DNA of 22,873 bases from Geosiphon pyriformis uo1. Taxonomy: Eukaryota > Fungi > Glomeromycota. Shown here piece after piece: positions 22,236 to 22,873 of this stretch. The notes below the pieces were generated by a model. The model saw only the letters and a program-made list of their open reading frames with translations, was not told the origin of the DNA and ran no database searches. The stretch lies in contig JAAOMT010000063.1 of the NCBI GenBank assembly GCA_016748015.1, positions 1-22,873 of the forward strand, given 5' to 3'. Positions within the stretch are counted from its first letter, which is position 1, and the number at the start of each line of letters is the position of its first letter. Made by a program: the position numbers and the translations under genes.

Positions 22236-22873
22236 TTAGGGATATTTATAGGGATAGGGATAGAGTTAGGAATATTTATAGGAATAGGAATATTTATAAG
22301 GATAGGAATAAGGATAGAGATAGGGATAGGGATAGGGATATTTATAAGAATATTTATAGGGATATTTATAAGGATAGGGATAGGGTTAGGGATAGGGATA
22401 GGGATAGGGATATTTATAAGAATATTTATAGGGATATTTATAGGGTTAGGGATAGGGATATTTATAGGGATAGGGATATTTATAGGGATAGGGATAGGGA
22501 TAGGGATAGGGATATTTATAGGGATATTTATAGGGATAGGGATAGGGATAGGGATAGGGATATTTATAGGGATATTTATAGGGATAGGGATAGGGATATT
22601 TATAGGGATAGGGATATTTATAGGGATAGGGATAGGGATATTTATAGGGATAGGGATAGGGATATTTATAGGGATATTTATAGGGATAGGAATAGGGATA
22701 GGGATAGGGATAGGGATATTTATAGGGATATTTATAGGGATAGGGTTAGGGTTAGGGTTAGGGTTAGGGATAGGGATAGGGATAGGGATAGGGATAGGGA
22801 TAGGGATAGGGATAGGGATAGGGATAGGGATAGGGATAGGGATAGGGATAGGGATAGGGATAGGGATAGGAGA
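22236..22873 (+). repeat. telomere-like array of in-phase hexamers: GGGATA (dominant), TTTATA, GGGTTA
   Basis: G-rich strand runs 5'->3' to the end of the sequence. 105 hexamers in unbroken 6-bp phase from 22239 to 22868, including canonical TTAGGG units. Confidence 0.88.

Noticed and set aside
22236-22873. CRISPR array or coding repeat
   Set aside because: No unique spacers and a eukaryotic context; hexamer periodicity, G-strand orientation and terminal position fit a telomere.

Overview
Eukaryotic, very AT-rich subtelomeric window ending in a probable chromosome end. The transposon proteins resemble those I recall from Glomeromycotina fungi (Geosiphon-like); this is inference, not a search result. 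From left to right: (1) the 5' part of a CpG-retaining coiled-coil gene on the minus strand; (2) eroded AT-rich DNA with an assembly gap and a 12-bp minisatellite; (3) three degenerate LINE-type retrotransposons: A (+, full length, ORF1 RRM-like/CCHC and ORF2 APE-RT-RNase H-Zn finger), B (-, heavily mutated, 3'-truncated) and C (+, 5' part only); (4) a Ty3/Gypsy LTR element that interrupts LINE C and encodes Gag, protease, a Cys-rich domain, dUTPase and RT; (5) an unusual telomere-like array joined directly inside the Gypsy RT. The array is built from in-phase hexamers GGGATA, TTTATA and GGGTTA. All TE ORFs are inactivated mainly by C>T/G>A transitions in both CpG and non-CpG contexts (RIP-like). 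Most ORFs in the supplied track are fragments or antisense artefacts of these elements.
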